Part shown: positions 1 to 12,840 of the stretch, piece after piece
Layout of the letters: every line of letters starts with the position of its first letter
Numbering within the stretch: the first letter of the stretch is position 1
NCBI GenBank assembly: GCA_012026655.1
Contig: JAAILG010000300.1
Span: forward strand, 1 to 64,000
Origin: Hydrolagus affinis
Taxonomy: Eukaryota
Direction: 5' to 3'
DNA length: 64,000 bases
Made by a program: the position numbers and the translations under genes
The notes under the pieces: generated by a model
What the model saw: the letters and a program-made list of their open reading frames with translations, nothing else
What the model was told of the DNA's origin: nothing
The model's database searches: none

Positions 1-170
1 TGGCTGATCTTCTCACCTAACTTTGATTACCTGCCCTATCCCCATATCCCCTGATCCCTCTATTTTTCAAAAATCTATCAGTCTCAGCCTTGAAAATGTT
101 CAAGGACTGAGCATCTACAGCCTTCTGGGGTAATGAATTCCATAAATTCACTACCCTCTGAGTGAAGAAA
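1..170 (-). mobile_element. CR1-type LINE 3' fragment, truncated by the window edge
   Basis: Near reverse complement of the + strand copy at ~61040-61215 (cactcagagggta..tgaatttatggaattc..ggggatatgggg..agaagatcagcca). This resembles the CR1 ORF2 end and 3'UTR. Confidence 0.75.
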
Positions 171-1736
171 TTATTATTATTATTTATATAGCACCAGCCA
201 GCGTCTCAGAACACCTAGGGGCGTCTCAGAGTGCTTAAGTAGATCAAATAGAATTACAGTACTGTATAGGGAAAAATCTTCAAAATCAGTATTAATTTGG
301 ACGTTGGTTCCTTAAAGAGAATTGGCATCCAAATTGAGACCCCATTACAGTTTTAAGCGCTTTGAGACGCCCCAAAGATGTAACAAGTTGCTACAACAAA
401 TGCAAGAATTATTATTATTATTATTTTTAAGCTGCTTCCTAAACATTCCACCCATTGTGCCACATCCAGAAGGTAGTTCCCTGGTCACCAACAGAGGGCA
501 ATAACATCCTATGAATGAGGATTGCAAAAGGATTTACTGGTTATTCATCCTGCTATTTCAACATCAGTAACGACTGCAGAAAGTCTCTTAATTTATTGTG
601 TGATGCTTTTTGGCAACTAAGTTATTATCATCTAAACTACTTTCCTGAACCAAACAAAGCAGGAAGCCTCGAAGTGTAATTAAAATAAGAAGAACAGAGG
701 TGTCCGTGATGTACGGAAGGAATTCCAAGTGGACTTAATCATAGCCATTCACTTCACAGCTGCTTGTGGAACCTCGCTGTGAGCAAATTGGATCGCCAAC
801 AAAATACCACAGCCACTACACCTTACAGAAAAATCCGGGAAACAACTTTGTGACAAGGTAGTAAGGCGCTATATCAATTTACAGCAGTTAATATTATCAT
901 AAGAACCATAGAAAATAATGTTTTATTAATCTATCCAATTGATTGAATTGGTTAAATTAGTACATAATTATGGGCTTGAGTAATTTCTGTTGTGTACCTG
1001 CAGTTTTCACATGGGTTACGCTTGGTGTGCAATAGGATCTAAGGTTGATTTATAAACACACTGAAAAATTATTTTGCGAAAATTATTTTGCGAAAATTAT
1101 CTGGTTTATTAACTCTTAACGTCACCAGAAGGTCTGCAGCGATTCTTTGTGCCCAAGGTTTCTGTACCTTTCCAGTTCCACTCATGTGCTCAACATTGAA
1201 AAACCATCAATACAACAGTAATAAAATCAGTCAAGGACCGCTGTTACTTAAATATTTACTTGACTTTCAAAAATAAATAGAAAAATCATTTAAAATAAAA
1301 ATAAAACACCCTTACATTTAATATCGCGCCTTATCACATCACAATGTCCACATAGGATTTTACTGTGAAGTGTGCTTTCTGTAGATGACTTAATTGTGAT
1401 TCAAACCCTTTTATTTTATTTTCCCGGTTCTTTTGCTGTGTTTCTTTTTGTTAAAATGCACTATTTTACCACCTGTTCTTGCTATTGTTATTCCATTCAC
1501 TCACCCTCAGTGGACTAATGTACCCCACAGCACCACACTGTACACTTGTCATCACTAAATGTATTGTTTTGGTTGTTGAGTATTTTAACATTGTTTGTAT
1601 GAAAAATATTCCATCATTAAAAATCTGTGTTTTGAGCATTCAGTTCAAATTATACTTCAGTGGCCAAACCTCACATTAACTTTGCATACAGGGTGATTAG
1701 ATAAGGGTAACTAAGGATACCTGGCTTGATATATCC

Positions 1737-2666
1737 TTTTTTTTTATATAAACAAATATATTTATTTGGGTAAAACCATATAATTTGTTTTTTTAAACTT
1801 ATACCCGTTACACATCACACGAAACAAACCGACATTTTTCACCGTGACAAATAACGCAGCGGCCCTGACTCGCTACCCACGCGGAAAAAAAACAAGACAT
1901 CAAAAACATCAGCCACCGTCTTTGTGGGAAAAACAAAACAAAACCCTGTAGTTCTCGTCACAAACCATGAGATGCCTATTACTCACATTCCCCTTATATG
2001 TCCAGGGCCTCCTCGCTTCTCTGCACTGCTGCCTTTATTTACAGGGAGCAGTTACAAACGGGCTAATCCCAGCTCCACCATTCTTACCCTTACTTTATGG
2101 GGAGCGGCTTCTCCCTTCTACATGATACAAACATTCATTTGGGGACATTCTCTGGTTGCAGGTCGAGCGTCCCCCTATAAGCACTACGTACAGTGTGGAG
2201 CTCCTGTGGCTCAGTGGTTAGAGCACTTGTCTTGCAAGCTGGGGAGACCAAGCTGGGGAGACCTGTGTTCGAATCCAGGCAGGTCAGGGCGAAACCTTGG
2301 GCAAGTTTCCTTACTCCACACGCCTAATAATAATCCCTCCAAATAAACCACAATAATAAAATTGGTCATTTCAATCCACGACTGTGTGTGGGACACTGCT
2401 GTGCGCAATTGGCTGCCGCGATTCGCCCACAAATATATACAGTCACTTCACTTTACAGTGTATTCTGTGAAGCGCTTTGGGACGTTGATAGGATGTGGAA
2501 AGCGCTATATCAAATGCAAGGATTATTATATTATTACAGGTATCCTGATGTTTTAGGCAGTGGCATTCCCCCACACACACCTCAAGTAGTTGCCCTGGAC
2601 TAGGTCAGGCCCCACCTGTCCTTGGCCTCATCTGAGCCTATCTCCAGCGCATCCCTGATGACTTAT
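1737..2666 (-). mobile_element. 5'-truncated Tx1/L1-clade LINE with poly(A) tail and 19-bp TSD, interrupted by a SINE
   Basis: TACCTGGCTTGATATATCC is repeated exactly at 1718-1736 and 2667-2685. A T-run starts at 1737. The minus strand from 2662 reads VIRDALEIGSDEAKDRWGLT*, resembling Tx1-like ORF2 C-termini. Confidence 0.75.
2197..2536 (+). mobile_element. tRNA-derived SINE with Deu-like core and L2-like tail (short family)
   Basis: A box (tggctcagtggtt), B box (gttcgaatcc), core gtgggacactgctgtgcgcaattggctgccgcg, tail aagcgctttg..gcgctatatcaaatgcaaggattatta. It carries an internal tandem duplication of caagctggggagac. Many copies occur in the window. Confidence 0.9.
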
Positions 2667-4559
2667 TACCTGGCTTGATATATCCACTGAGCCATGATCT
2701 CTCTCTCTCCCCGCCCTATCTCCTCAAAAAACTCTTACATTCTCAGAGTTACAGCTGGCATCACATGACACAAGACTTTTCTCTGCACCTAAGAGGAGAG
2801 CCAGGATGGAATGAGGTCACTAAGGTAATGCACATTAACAGCTGAAGCTGTGAATCATTGGCATTGGGACCAGTGTCAGTTGACACAAATGTTGTTATGC
2901 TCCTGCAGCTCGTGTACATTCCTGTGTGACCAGACAGATAGGTTTTTACATACTCGGGTTCTGAAGCATCCACCTAGTAAGACTATTTGTCTTATGGTGC
3001 AGAATTGTGGACGATTGCTGAATTCAGGCTTCGTTTGGAGCTTGTGTCTTTTAAGGAAGGAACACAAGGAACAGCTGAGGCTTTTTTTTAAAAAAACAGT
3101 TAAGGATTTGTGTCAGTCTGGCTTAGTGGGTTGCACCGTCTCTCACCTCTGAGTCACAGTTCACACTCCATGTCGTAAATTGGAACGTAAATAGTCTGAA
3201 CTTCAGATGAGATGTTAAACCGCATTTGAAATCTTAACTATCGTCACTATTTATGTATTTATAGCAACAGCAACTTGCATATAGTACCCTTCGTTGGGTG
3301 TAGCATCTTGGAGTGCTTAACAGTGATAGAGTTTGATGCTGAGCCGGGGAGATCACAACTGCTATGCCTTGTCACTATGTGTCTTCTTTCAGCTCCTGAG
3401 AATGAGAGTATAACGACACAATAAAATTACATTTATAGAGCGCCTTTCATGTCGGGAGGACGTCCCAAAGTGCTGAGGGTAATGAGGTTGAAGGTTTTTT
3501 GCATGACCACAGATAATGGAGGATGTCCTTCTTTTGGGTGGGATTGGCTGTCTTTGCCCCAAATTCCGCTTGCCCATTCCCCCAGCCCTCACCACATTCC
3601 ACTGGCCCCCTGACTCCCAACAGGTCAACTTTGAGGTTCTCACCCTCACCTGTAAAAATACCTTCACTCCCAGTATTGTACTTCCATAATCTCTGTAATC
3701 TTCTCAAACCCCACAGTTCTGCTTGCCCTCTCAACTCAACTAATGCAGGTCTGCTGTGCATCACCAGTCTCCTCTACATCGCCATTGATGACTGAGTCAT
3801 CACTCCCCATGCTCCTAACATCTGAAATGCTGTTCCTCTACACCTCTACATCACCTCTCTCTATCTGCCTGATTTGAACGCTCTCTAGTCCACTTGACAA
3901 CTGGATGCTCTCTAGCCTGTATCTTTATTATACAACGTTTCGCATTGTAATCCCCGCAGCCATCTCCCTGTGTTCACCTTCTCTCATGCTCACTTTTTAT
4001 GCTGTAAAATCAGCCTCTGTAACCACATGTGTTGTGCACACTACAATGTTCGCCCATAGTCAAGACATGCATGTAATGTTGCATTGATCTTAAAGCACCT
4101 CCATCAAACTGCACGTGACTCTATTGACGCATGCGCAGCTGCTTGTTTGTTCCTGCCAGCTACTGCGGAATCCAGCTCACAAAGTAAATGCCCCACTTCT
4201 CAGTGAAGCCGCTCTGAAGCTTCAGGTTAAATAGCTCCACTGTGGTCAATGGCATACCTGCATCACACATCCATCCAAGTATAAATGTTTTCTGGAACAA
4301 TTAGCGTGCAATCACTCTGGTCTGTCCTGGCAGCAGTCCTTCAGATAAAATTGCTATTCACCCACATGGCTATGCTATTAGGAAACTGAATGGTGCTTTT
4401 GTCCATGAAAACAGACACTAATCTTGGCAGTGATTTCTCAAAAGATGTTTCGACGTGATAAGGTGACACCGGAAAACAAGTTCATTCTTTCTCAAATGCA
4501 ACCCTTATGTTCTGCTGGTGCTTCTTCTACTTTAAAAGAAGGTTTGAAAGAACAAACCT

Positions 4560-4995
4560 CATATTTGTATGAGTTTCTGTAACATTGAAATGGTTCAAAG
4601 TGCTTTACAATAATTATTGTCACATGTAGTGACTATTTTTCATAAGCAACTACGGGAGCCATTTTGGGCACAGTGAGACGCCCCAACAGCCCAGAGGTAA
4701 TGAACAATTATCTGGCAGACACCAGGAAAAACTTCTGTTTTCCAATAATGCCAAGGGATCTTTAACATCCACCTGAACAGGCAGACAACAACAACAACAA
4801 AATTACATTTGTGTCACGCCTCTCAAGTTGGGAGGATGTCCCAAAGCGCTGGGTTTATGCTCCTTGGTTTAAGGTCCAGTTCCCCCAGCACAGCACTGGA
4901 GTGTCAGCGTAGACTATGAACTCAAATCCTGATGTGAGGCTTGAGCACACAACCTTCTGATTCAGAAGAGACTGAGCTATCATTTGAGCGAGGCT
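4560..4995 (-). mobile_element. Older long Deu-domain SINE (SacSINE1/AmnSINE-like) with a nested short L2 tail
   Basis: gggatctttaacatccacctgaacaggcagac and gcactggagtgtcagc..ccttctgattcaga match other copies in the window. A (caa)n-led L2 tail lies at ~4786-4852. Confidence 0.7.
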
Positions 4996-5255
4996 GACAC
5001 CTATAACAACGACTACTGTGCAGGAGGAATGTTCACCTTTATACGCAGGCAAGATGTTTCTGGAGTTTGGGGTGAGGCCAAATCTCTTCAGCAATTACTG
5101 AGAACTGGTCACAAAAATGAAAGGAATGTTATGATTGTGACCAGCAGAATGAGGTTGAAACAGATCAGAGGTTGAAATTTCCAATGGTCTTGGCTCTAAG
5201 ATTATTTTAGTAAATTGAATTCAGGCTTAATTTGAATACTAGTTTATTTTTAAAA

Positions 5256-5573
5256 ATAGTAATACTAATCCTTGCATTTCATATATAGTGCTTTTCATGT
5301 CTTCTAGATGTCTCAAAGCACTTCACAGAATATACTGTAAAGTGAATTGACTGTATATTTGTAGGTGAAACGCAGCAGCCATTTGCGCACAGTAGTGTCT
5401 CACAAACAGTCGTGGATTGAAATGACCAATTTTATTATTGCTTTTTTTTAGGGATTATTATTAGGCATGTGGAGTAAGCAAAGTTGCCCAAGGTTTCACC
5501 CTGACCTGCCTGGATTCGAACACATGTCTCACGCTTGTAAGGCAAGAGCTCTAAGCTGAGCTACAGGACTCCA
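5256..5573 (-). mobile_element. tRNA-derived SINE, short family, full length
   Basis: Reverse complement of the 2197-2536 family from head to tail. Confidence 0.9.
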
Positions 5574-7149
5574 CTAAGAATTGGGAAATAGCAGGCTTTC
5601 AAATTAAGAAAGCATTTAAGAATTATCCATGATTCTTAACTTTCAAGACAATGGTCATAAGGCTAACACCACAAGAATGCGTCTGGGTATGTTTCATATC
5701 TGCTCATGTTTTACCTTTATATTTGCATAAATATATAATAAAGGGATTTTAAAAAATAGAAAATAGATTAAGGGGTAAAAATATCATATTTCTTAATGCA
5801 CAACAAAGCTTATTAACAGCACTTTTAGCTGAACATTTTGATGCTGACGATATAACAAAACTGATAAATGATATTGAATACTGAATAACACGTAATCTTG
5901 AATCGAACTGCGGAGCAAAACTGAATATTACATTATTTAATTGTTAACCTGAGAGTGGATCCTCCAGTCATTGCACGTCTGGAGTATGTGATAAGCAGGA
6001 AAGCCTCTCTCATTTTCCATTCAATATTAAGTATTGCAAGTTACAGGTACTGATGCAATGTGAGTGATGCTCAGGGCAATGCTTGCCGAGATCAGAGGCA
6101 ATCTTGATCACAAAAGCACAAGAAAGGTACAGATTAAGAAGGGCGTTTTGTGCATTTGGTCTAACTCTGCCAGACTATCAGAATTGTTCTTCTACTGCCC
6201 ACACATAATCACTCCACTTTACAGTACAGTATATATCCTGCAAAGTGCTTGGAGACATCCTTCTGACATGAAGGGCACTATGGCAATGATAAGGATTATT
6301 TGTTTTAGTCTTAAATGAGCAGCATCTAAACTGCATGAATCTGGTCAACATGACTTTACTGTCGAGGCCAGCATTTCCTGGCAGAATTCTACATTGGGTC
6401 ATGTTTGGCTAGAAGTCATTCAACAGTCAGCCTCTTAGTGACTATACTTGTCACAGGTGGACTAGATTTGCCAAAACGGTGAAACACATGATGATTAAGA
6501 ATACCCAAAGATTTATTTATTAATAATTATGGGAAGTGATTTTTTTTTTAAAAAACACAAGGTTGATTCCCACTATCACAATGTCCATTGGTACATTTCT
6601 GAGCATCACTGTTTTTTCCTTTCTGTTATATATAATTGAATAGGATTAATGAAATAAGGATTAGTTTGGGGGATCCGGTAGGAAAACATTCATTCCACTT
6701 AAAATGTATACATAGAGAGAGACATGCAGTCATTACTAATTCTTTACTAATTGAGCTACAGTATTTCATGAAATATGTCAAGCGTGTTTGAATAAAGAGA
6801 ATAACTGGATTCAATTCAATTCCATTTAGAATTATTGATGAACTTCTCTGGATTATTCAACCCAAACACGGATATTGCAGGATATTCATAAATAATTCTA
6901 AACTGAGTTTAAAAGAATAATGTGGTCTGCTTAATTACAGATTATGCAGTGTTATATTACACTATAGGCACTGTTTCATGATTACACAGTTTAAAGTTAG
7001 ACAATAAATAATAATTTTCCTTGCAGTTCGTACAACACCTTTCACATCAGTACGGCATCTCAAAACACTTTACAGGATACACTTTAAGTATCATGAGTGT
7101 ATTTTATAGGCCAACACAACAATCCATTTTACACATCATAATGTCTCAC

Positions 7150-7595
7150 AATAATAACAATCCTTGCATTTGACATAGAGCCTTATCACATTGTTCACAC
7201 GTCTCAAAGCGCTTTGAACAATACTGTATATTGTAAACTGTGTATTTGTGTAAAATACGATTGTGTACTTTGTCGGTGACAATCGGCAGCCAATTGCACA
7301 GTGCAGTGTCCCACAAACAGGCTTTTGACAAACAGTCAGTGATTTTACTTGGGGAATTCTTGATCTTCCATCTCTTTTCGTACAGTGCCAGACTACCTTT
7401 AACGTCCACCTGAACATGATCTCACTTTATTGTCTCATCTCAGGGTCGGCCTCTCCAAATAATGTAGAACATTCCGATCGTTTGTTTGAGCGTCAGCCTA
7501 GCCCCAAACTATGTGAGTTCAGAATCAGTAGTGCTTGAAACCACAATACTCTGACGTGGAGGTGAGAGGACTGCAAAATGAGCCAGGCTGACACT
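7150..7595 (-). mobile_element. Older long Deu-domain SINE
   Basis: Tail ccttgcatttga..ctcaaagcgcttt, core cagccaattgcacagtgcagtgtcccacaaacag, ctttaacgtccacctgaac, head ..tgagccagg. Confidence 0.75.
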
Positions 7596-8455
7596 CACAT
7601 GTCAGCTGACACTAACACTTGTCAATAGTCAGCTGATTGTTGCCTGAATGGCATTCAGCACTTTTATTGTTATGAGATTTTTTTTTCTCAGTTGGGGAAA
7701 CCCTGCTCAAAACATGACTGTCCATTTCACTACCAGCCCGCGCTGACTCTGAGCGGAACTGAACATGAATTTGTTCCAAATTGAGCCAAATGATTATTCT
7801 CCTGAAGAAATCTACATCAGTTCAATTTGGCTCATGTCATATTAACACTATGGATGACAACTCCCCAGCGTTTAGTAACACGATCCACCCACTTATGGTT
7901 CTTGGCAGGAAAAATTGTCCCTGCAACCTAGCAGCCCGTACAAAGCAGTGCGTTCAAGTCTAAACATAGGATTAAGGTATACGGAAGAAAAAGGCCAGAT
8001 TATGAGAGAGGGAAATGAACAAATTATCTCTCCTGCATTTAATTCCAAGAATGTATAATCCTGCCTATGCGCAGAATGAGAGACTTTGCATTGCGTTTAC
8101 TGTTTAGTAGTAGGTGGCAGGGTTGCTCAGTTGGTAGAACAATATTAAGATCCAAGTTAAAATGTAGAGTGAGATCTGTGTTCTTTTGTTTATTTTACCT
8201 TCACGAACTGAGTCTACAGCTAGTTTTGTGGTTATTAATAGTAGTCAAAGTAATCCTTCACTTTCAAAGTGGAGCTCCTCCGAGATGCTCTCCTGCATGC
8301 AGGGGCCTAAATAAATACAAACTGTTGTTGTTTTTGTAAACAAATGTGCTAAGCAAGCGCTATGGTAAAGGTGAACTTGCAGACAAACCGTGTCCAATAT
8401 GAAGAGCTTCCTACTTTTTAAATAGCAGAAGATATCGTCCTTATTCACAGACAGA

Positions 8456-8780
8456 CTTGTTTGGCTCAGTTGGAGGCACTCTTACTAACAAGGATTCAGG
8501 GTTGTGGGTTCATGCCCTACCTTACAGTTTTGAGGTCATGGTTTGGGTTGAAACTCCAGAGCAGCACTGGGGAGGATGCTGCAATGTCAGATACATTTGC
8601 CTGTTCTTCAGGTGGATGTTAAAAATATCACTATTTGAGAATAGAAGAGAAGAGACCTGACCAACAGTACTCTTGATGAAATTAACAATTTACCTCATTG
8701 CTGTTAACCTAAAAAAGACAGTCACTGCCCTTGACAGTACAGTATTCCCTATGAAGTCCTTTCAAACAAGGTGTAATGAA
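8456..8780 (+). mobile_element. Older long Deu-domain SINE, degraded
   Basis: Head ttggctcagttggaggcactctt..gttgtgggttca, then cctgttcttcaggtggatgttaaaa. Confidence 0.65.
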
Positions 8781-9454
8781 AGTGCATGTTGCTTTTTCTA
8801 CTTATTTCTGAGACCCGTTTGCACCGTTGAGTTGTCGGTTTTATGTTGAGCTTTACAAGAATGTTGTTTGCTGGCCTTTTGTGCAGGCTCCATTTTGGAG
8901 CAACGGAACCGATGGAATGTAATTATTTGCTCTCAGTCAGCCACAGGGCCACTCAGATTCCAGGCACCATCATTTCCAATATTACAGTCGGATAATTATT
9001 TAGTGCCAGTGGGATTAGTGAGACATAACTGTCGGCAGACTTTCCTGAAAGTCTCTCAGAAGTGTAATTATTTCTATGATCTCCCTTTTCATCACAAAGT
9101 GTTTAGTGCCTTGCTGTTTTAATTTATCAAGCGATCATTACAAAGCTAATATTGGGAGCGCAGAGGAGCTGTGAGAGGTGCTGAGCAAAGTAAGTTTTTA
9201 GTAAACTCCCATAATGGTCAGTGTTTGTTTTAAAATCTTTATAAATGGTCTGGATACAATGCTGATTGTAAATCCTGAGAATTGCTTTGAGATGTCTTGA
9301 CAATATGATAAGGCGTATAATATAAGCATTATAATGCGACAACTGTACATCTGCTAGTCTCTACATATTTGACAACTGATCTTATCAGAAGTTAATTGTG
9401 GTTGTATTGTAGTTGCGTTCAATCTTTATAATAAATTTAACGATTATTATAATA

Positions 9455-9835
9455 ATGATTGTATTTGATATCTCACCTTATCAAGTCATCGCCATGTCTC
9501 AAACACTTCACAGAATATACTGTCAAATGAATTTGACTGAGCATTTTGAGGGTGAAACGTGGCAGCTAATTGCACAAGGTAGTGTCCCACAAATAGCCAT
9601 GGAGTGACCAATATTATTTGGTATGGGGACTTGTTGGCCAGGACATGGGAATTTTAATACCCATCTGAACAGGTAAATGGGACCTTGGTTTAAAGTCTCA
9701 TCTGAAGGAAGCTCCTCCAACAATGCAACAATGCACTCCCAGCCCTACATTGGAGTGACAGCTTAAACAGTGTGACACGGGACTTGAATCCACGACCTTC
9801 TGATTTGGAGTTTAGAATACGAGCCAGACTGACGC
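9455..9835 (-). mobile_element. Older long Deu-domain SINE
   Basis: Same tail, core and head motifs as 7150-7595, also on the minus strand. Confidence 0.7.
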
Positions 9836-10671
9836 ACTATATTTTCAATTTACATATTGCACCATATGGGTTGGTCTGGTGAAACGTGCTTTCTTTTCAC
9901 TTTAAATTTGTTTCTGACTCAAAAATATATAAGATGAAAATGACAGTCCTACCATACTAACATAACGACAGAAAAGAGAAACAAAAGTGAAAAAAAACAT
10001 CTTGGCTCAGGTCTACTATGATTGTTAAACATTAAAATGATACAAATGAAACTTTAGAACATTAATACACAGCCTTGTACCATTAATTAGCACCCTAGGA
10101 TATAATCCGTTATTTATTAAAGATATTTATGTAGGATCTCAGGTAAGCTTGAAATTGCTTGCAATTTGCTTGTGCTTAAGGACAATTATCAGTCTCAGAA
10201 ATGTATGAGACAAAGTAGTTTCCTCAAGTTATCTGAGCATTTGAATGGAGAAGTAGTTTATTGTTTCTCGATCGTTGAAAGAAAATCAGAAGTGGAGGCT
10301 AACACTGACTTAATACATGAATTAGCATGACTTTTTAAGAGGGTCTTGCATTTATATAGAACCTCCACCGCCAAAAAGCTCAAAGCACCATAAAGTATTT
10401 ACTGTCAAGTATTGTGGCTATTTGTTGAAGGCAAACATCAGAAAGTGAGTGACTTGCGCAATCAAACCTCTTGAGCATTACCAAGTTCCTGAGAACTGCT
10501 GTAGTTATAAACTGTTCATTTATATACTATATATTTGTTTTTCCCATGCGTTTCTCAAAAAATAAAAAACACTCGATTGTGGGAAGTGAAACTGTTTGTG
10601 GTAAGCATTATGAATACAAATATCAGAAATCTACTGAAGTGAAAGATGGGTTAATAATTGGATACAACCCT

Positions 10672-11716
10672 ACAACAACATTTGTACAGTCCCTTTTACG
10701 TCGGGAGGATGTCCCAAAGTGCTGAACAGTCAGGGGCCAGTACCTGAGCATGGGGGGGGGGGTAGGACAGAGATGGGATGAAGGAGAGCAGAGAGGTAGG
10801 AAGGCGATTGAAGGCACGGTCGAAAAGGAGGGTCCTGAGACTAGTTTTGAAGGAGGCAAGGGAGGGAGCAAGGTGAAGGAATTGTGGGATGGAGTTCTTT
10901 TGTGTAGAGGCAGAGAGGCTGAAAGCCCGGCCGCTGATGGAAGGGGGATCGGGTGGGAGACATAAAGCAGGCCGGAGCTTGCTGAATGGAGGGAGTGACA
11001 GGAGGTCAGCAGGTCAGGGAGATAGGAGGGGGCAAGGCCATGGATAGCCTTGAAAGTGAGGACAAGGATGTTGAATTCAATCCATTGAAAAATGGGGAGC
11101 CAGTGGAGCCGGGTGAGGGTGGGAGTGATGGGGTCAAGGAGCCTGGTGCAGGAGAGGACACAAGCTGCAGAATTTTGGATGATCTGCAGCTTATGGAAGG
11201 AAGATTTAGTGAGGCTGACAAGAAAGGAGTTGCTGTAGTCAAGCCTTCAGGTGACAAACGTGTGCATAAGGGTTTCAGCGGCCTGAGGGATGAGACAGTG
11301 ACGGAGATGGGCAATGTTGCGGAGGTGGTGGAAGGCAGTGCTGGTCATGGCACTGATTTGGGGGAGAAAGGACAGCTCAGCGTCACACAAGGCACCCAGG
11401 TTCCTGACTGGCTTGGTTAGGTGGGTGTGCATCTGTGCAGGCTGATGCTGCCAGTGCCTGAGGTACAGAGGAGCTGGCGCGAGCCAATCAGGCGGACCTC
11501 GGTTTTGCTGACGTGCAGCTGTAGAAAGTTGTCTCTCATCCAGGACTTGATATCTGACAGGGGAGAACTGTCTGTCAGGACAACAGTAGTCCTGGAATTG
11601 AGGATGGAGGCGGAGAGGTGGAGTTGGGTGTCTGTCATCTGCATACATGTGGAAATTTACCCCATGTCTGTGGATGATGCCAGCAAGGGGGAGCATGTCA
11701 AGGTTGAAGAGGAACA
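10672..11716 (-). mobile_element. L2-clade LINE 3' portion: decayed reverse transcriptase C-terminus, 3'UTR and (GTT)n tail
   Basis: Minus-strand ORF MLPLAGIIHRHGVNFHMYADD, then a frameshift to TQLHLS..DIKSWMRDNFLQL..SKTE and VRNLG..HHLRNIAHLR..AETLMHTFVT, typical of L2 RT. The tail cagcactttgggacatcctcccgacgtaaaagg is shared with the SINEs. Confidence 0.9.
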
Positions 11717-11899
11717 TTTGCAGTGGGTGAAGAAAAGGATTTTAAACCATTTTCAAAGTGTGCCTACATTGGTTTTGTTTAAAGATGTGATAGACTAGAG
11801 AATTTCTTAAATAGCTGTCTGAGAGAAAGACAGTGGAATGGCATCCTAAAACTACTATGCTCATTGATAGTTCTTTTGAACACCTAACATTTGCAACTC

Positions 11900-12840
11900 T
11901 CTCCGCCTCCATCTGCCCCAATTTATCTTTCAATCCTGCCTTAAATCTACCTCTTCAACTGTGCCTATGATCAACCCGCCTCCCTTTCCCCTTGCCCCTT
12001 CTCCCTACTCCCCTGTCAGCCACTACGCCCCGAAGCTCTGAAACTCCCTTCCTCACTCCCTTTGTCTCACCCCCCCTCTCTTCCTAGTTTCAAGTCTCAG
12101 CTGAAGACCTTTCTTTTTGACCGCGCCTTCAATCACCTTTTTCCCCCTCCCCCTGGCTCGGGCCTGGAATCTGTTATTGTGAAGTGCTCTGAGACGTCAT
12201 ATGGCATGGAGGGCGCTATATACAACAACGACAAAATGACACTTGTATAGCGCCTTTCACATCGGGAGAACGTCCCAAGGCACTGAAGAGTTAGTTCAGG
12301 ACCCAACTGGGGGTGGGAGGGTCAGGGTAGGGAGAAGGGGAAGGAGAGTAGGGGAGGGGGAAGAGTTAGGAGGGGAACCAAAGGCGCGGTCAAAGAGGAA
12401 GATCTTGAGACAGGCTTTGAAGGAGGAAAGGGAGGAAGCAAGGCGGAGGGACTGCTGGAGTTCCAAAGTGTGGGAGCGGAGAGGCAGAAAGCCCGGCCAC
12501 CGATGGTTGGGTGGTTTGGGCAGTGGATGCAGAGCAGGCCAGAGTCTGCTGAATGGAGGGGAGGGCAGGCTAGTAGGGAGATAGCAGGGTGGAGAGATAG
12601 GTGGGTGCAAGGCCGTTAATGGCCTTGAAAGTGAGGACGAGCATCTTGAATTCGATCCTCTGGGGAATGGGGAGCCAGTGGAGATGGGCAAGGATGGAAG
12701 TGATGTGGTTGCGGAGCCTGGTGCAATATAAATCGATGTTGTTGTTGTTGTAGTTGTTCAGTGCCCCTCACATCATTGGAAAGCACAATGAGACATTATC
12801 TTATGTGAAGGGTGCTATATAAATGCAAGTTACTGTTGTT
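11900..12840. mobile_element. Stack of L2 3' ends: + strand tails with an antisense ~500-bp L2 fragment (12222-12725) nested inside
   Basis: SFKSQLKTFLFDRAF-type ORF2 end on +, SSFKACLKIFLFDRAF on -. The + tail resumes after 12725 (ataaatcgatgttgttg). Confidence 0.8.

Noticed and set aside
2197-2280. tRNA-like A/B boxes here and at 15817, 26400, 41900, 52000
   Set aside because: These are SINE heads with no acceptor stem, continuing into the SINE body; not tRNA genes.
2661-2674. acttattacctggc resembling the U1 snRNA 5' end (ATACTTACCTGGC)
   Set aside because: Similarity stops after ~9 nt and the sequence is part of the LINE TSD.
7740-7990. Minus-strand ccttaat..tttag resembling a U12 acceptor
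   Set aside because: All three downstream frames close quickly and no partner U12 donor was found.
10750-11798. Several overlapping + strand ORFs of 70-145 aa
   Set aside because: Antisense shadows of the minus-strand L2 reverse transcriptase remnant.
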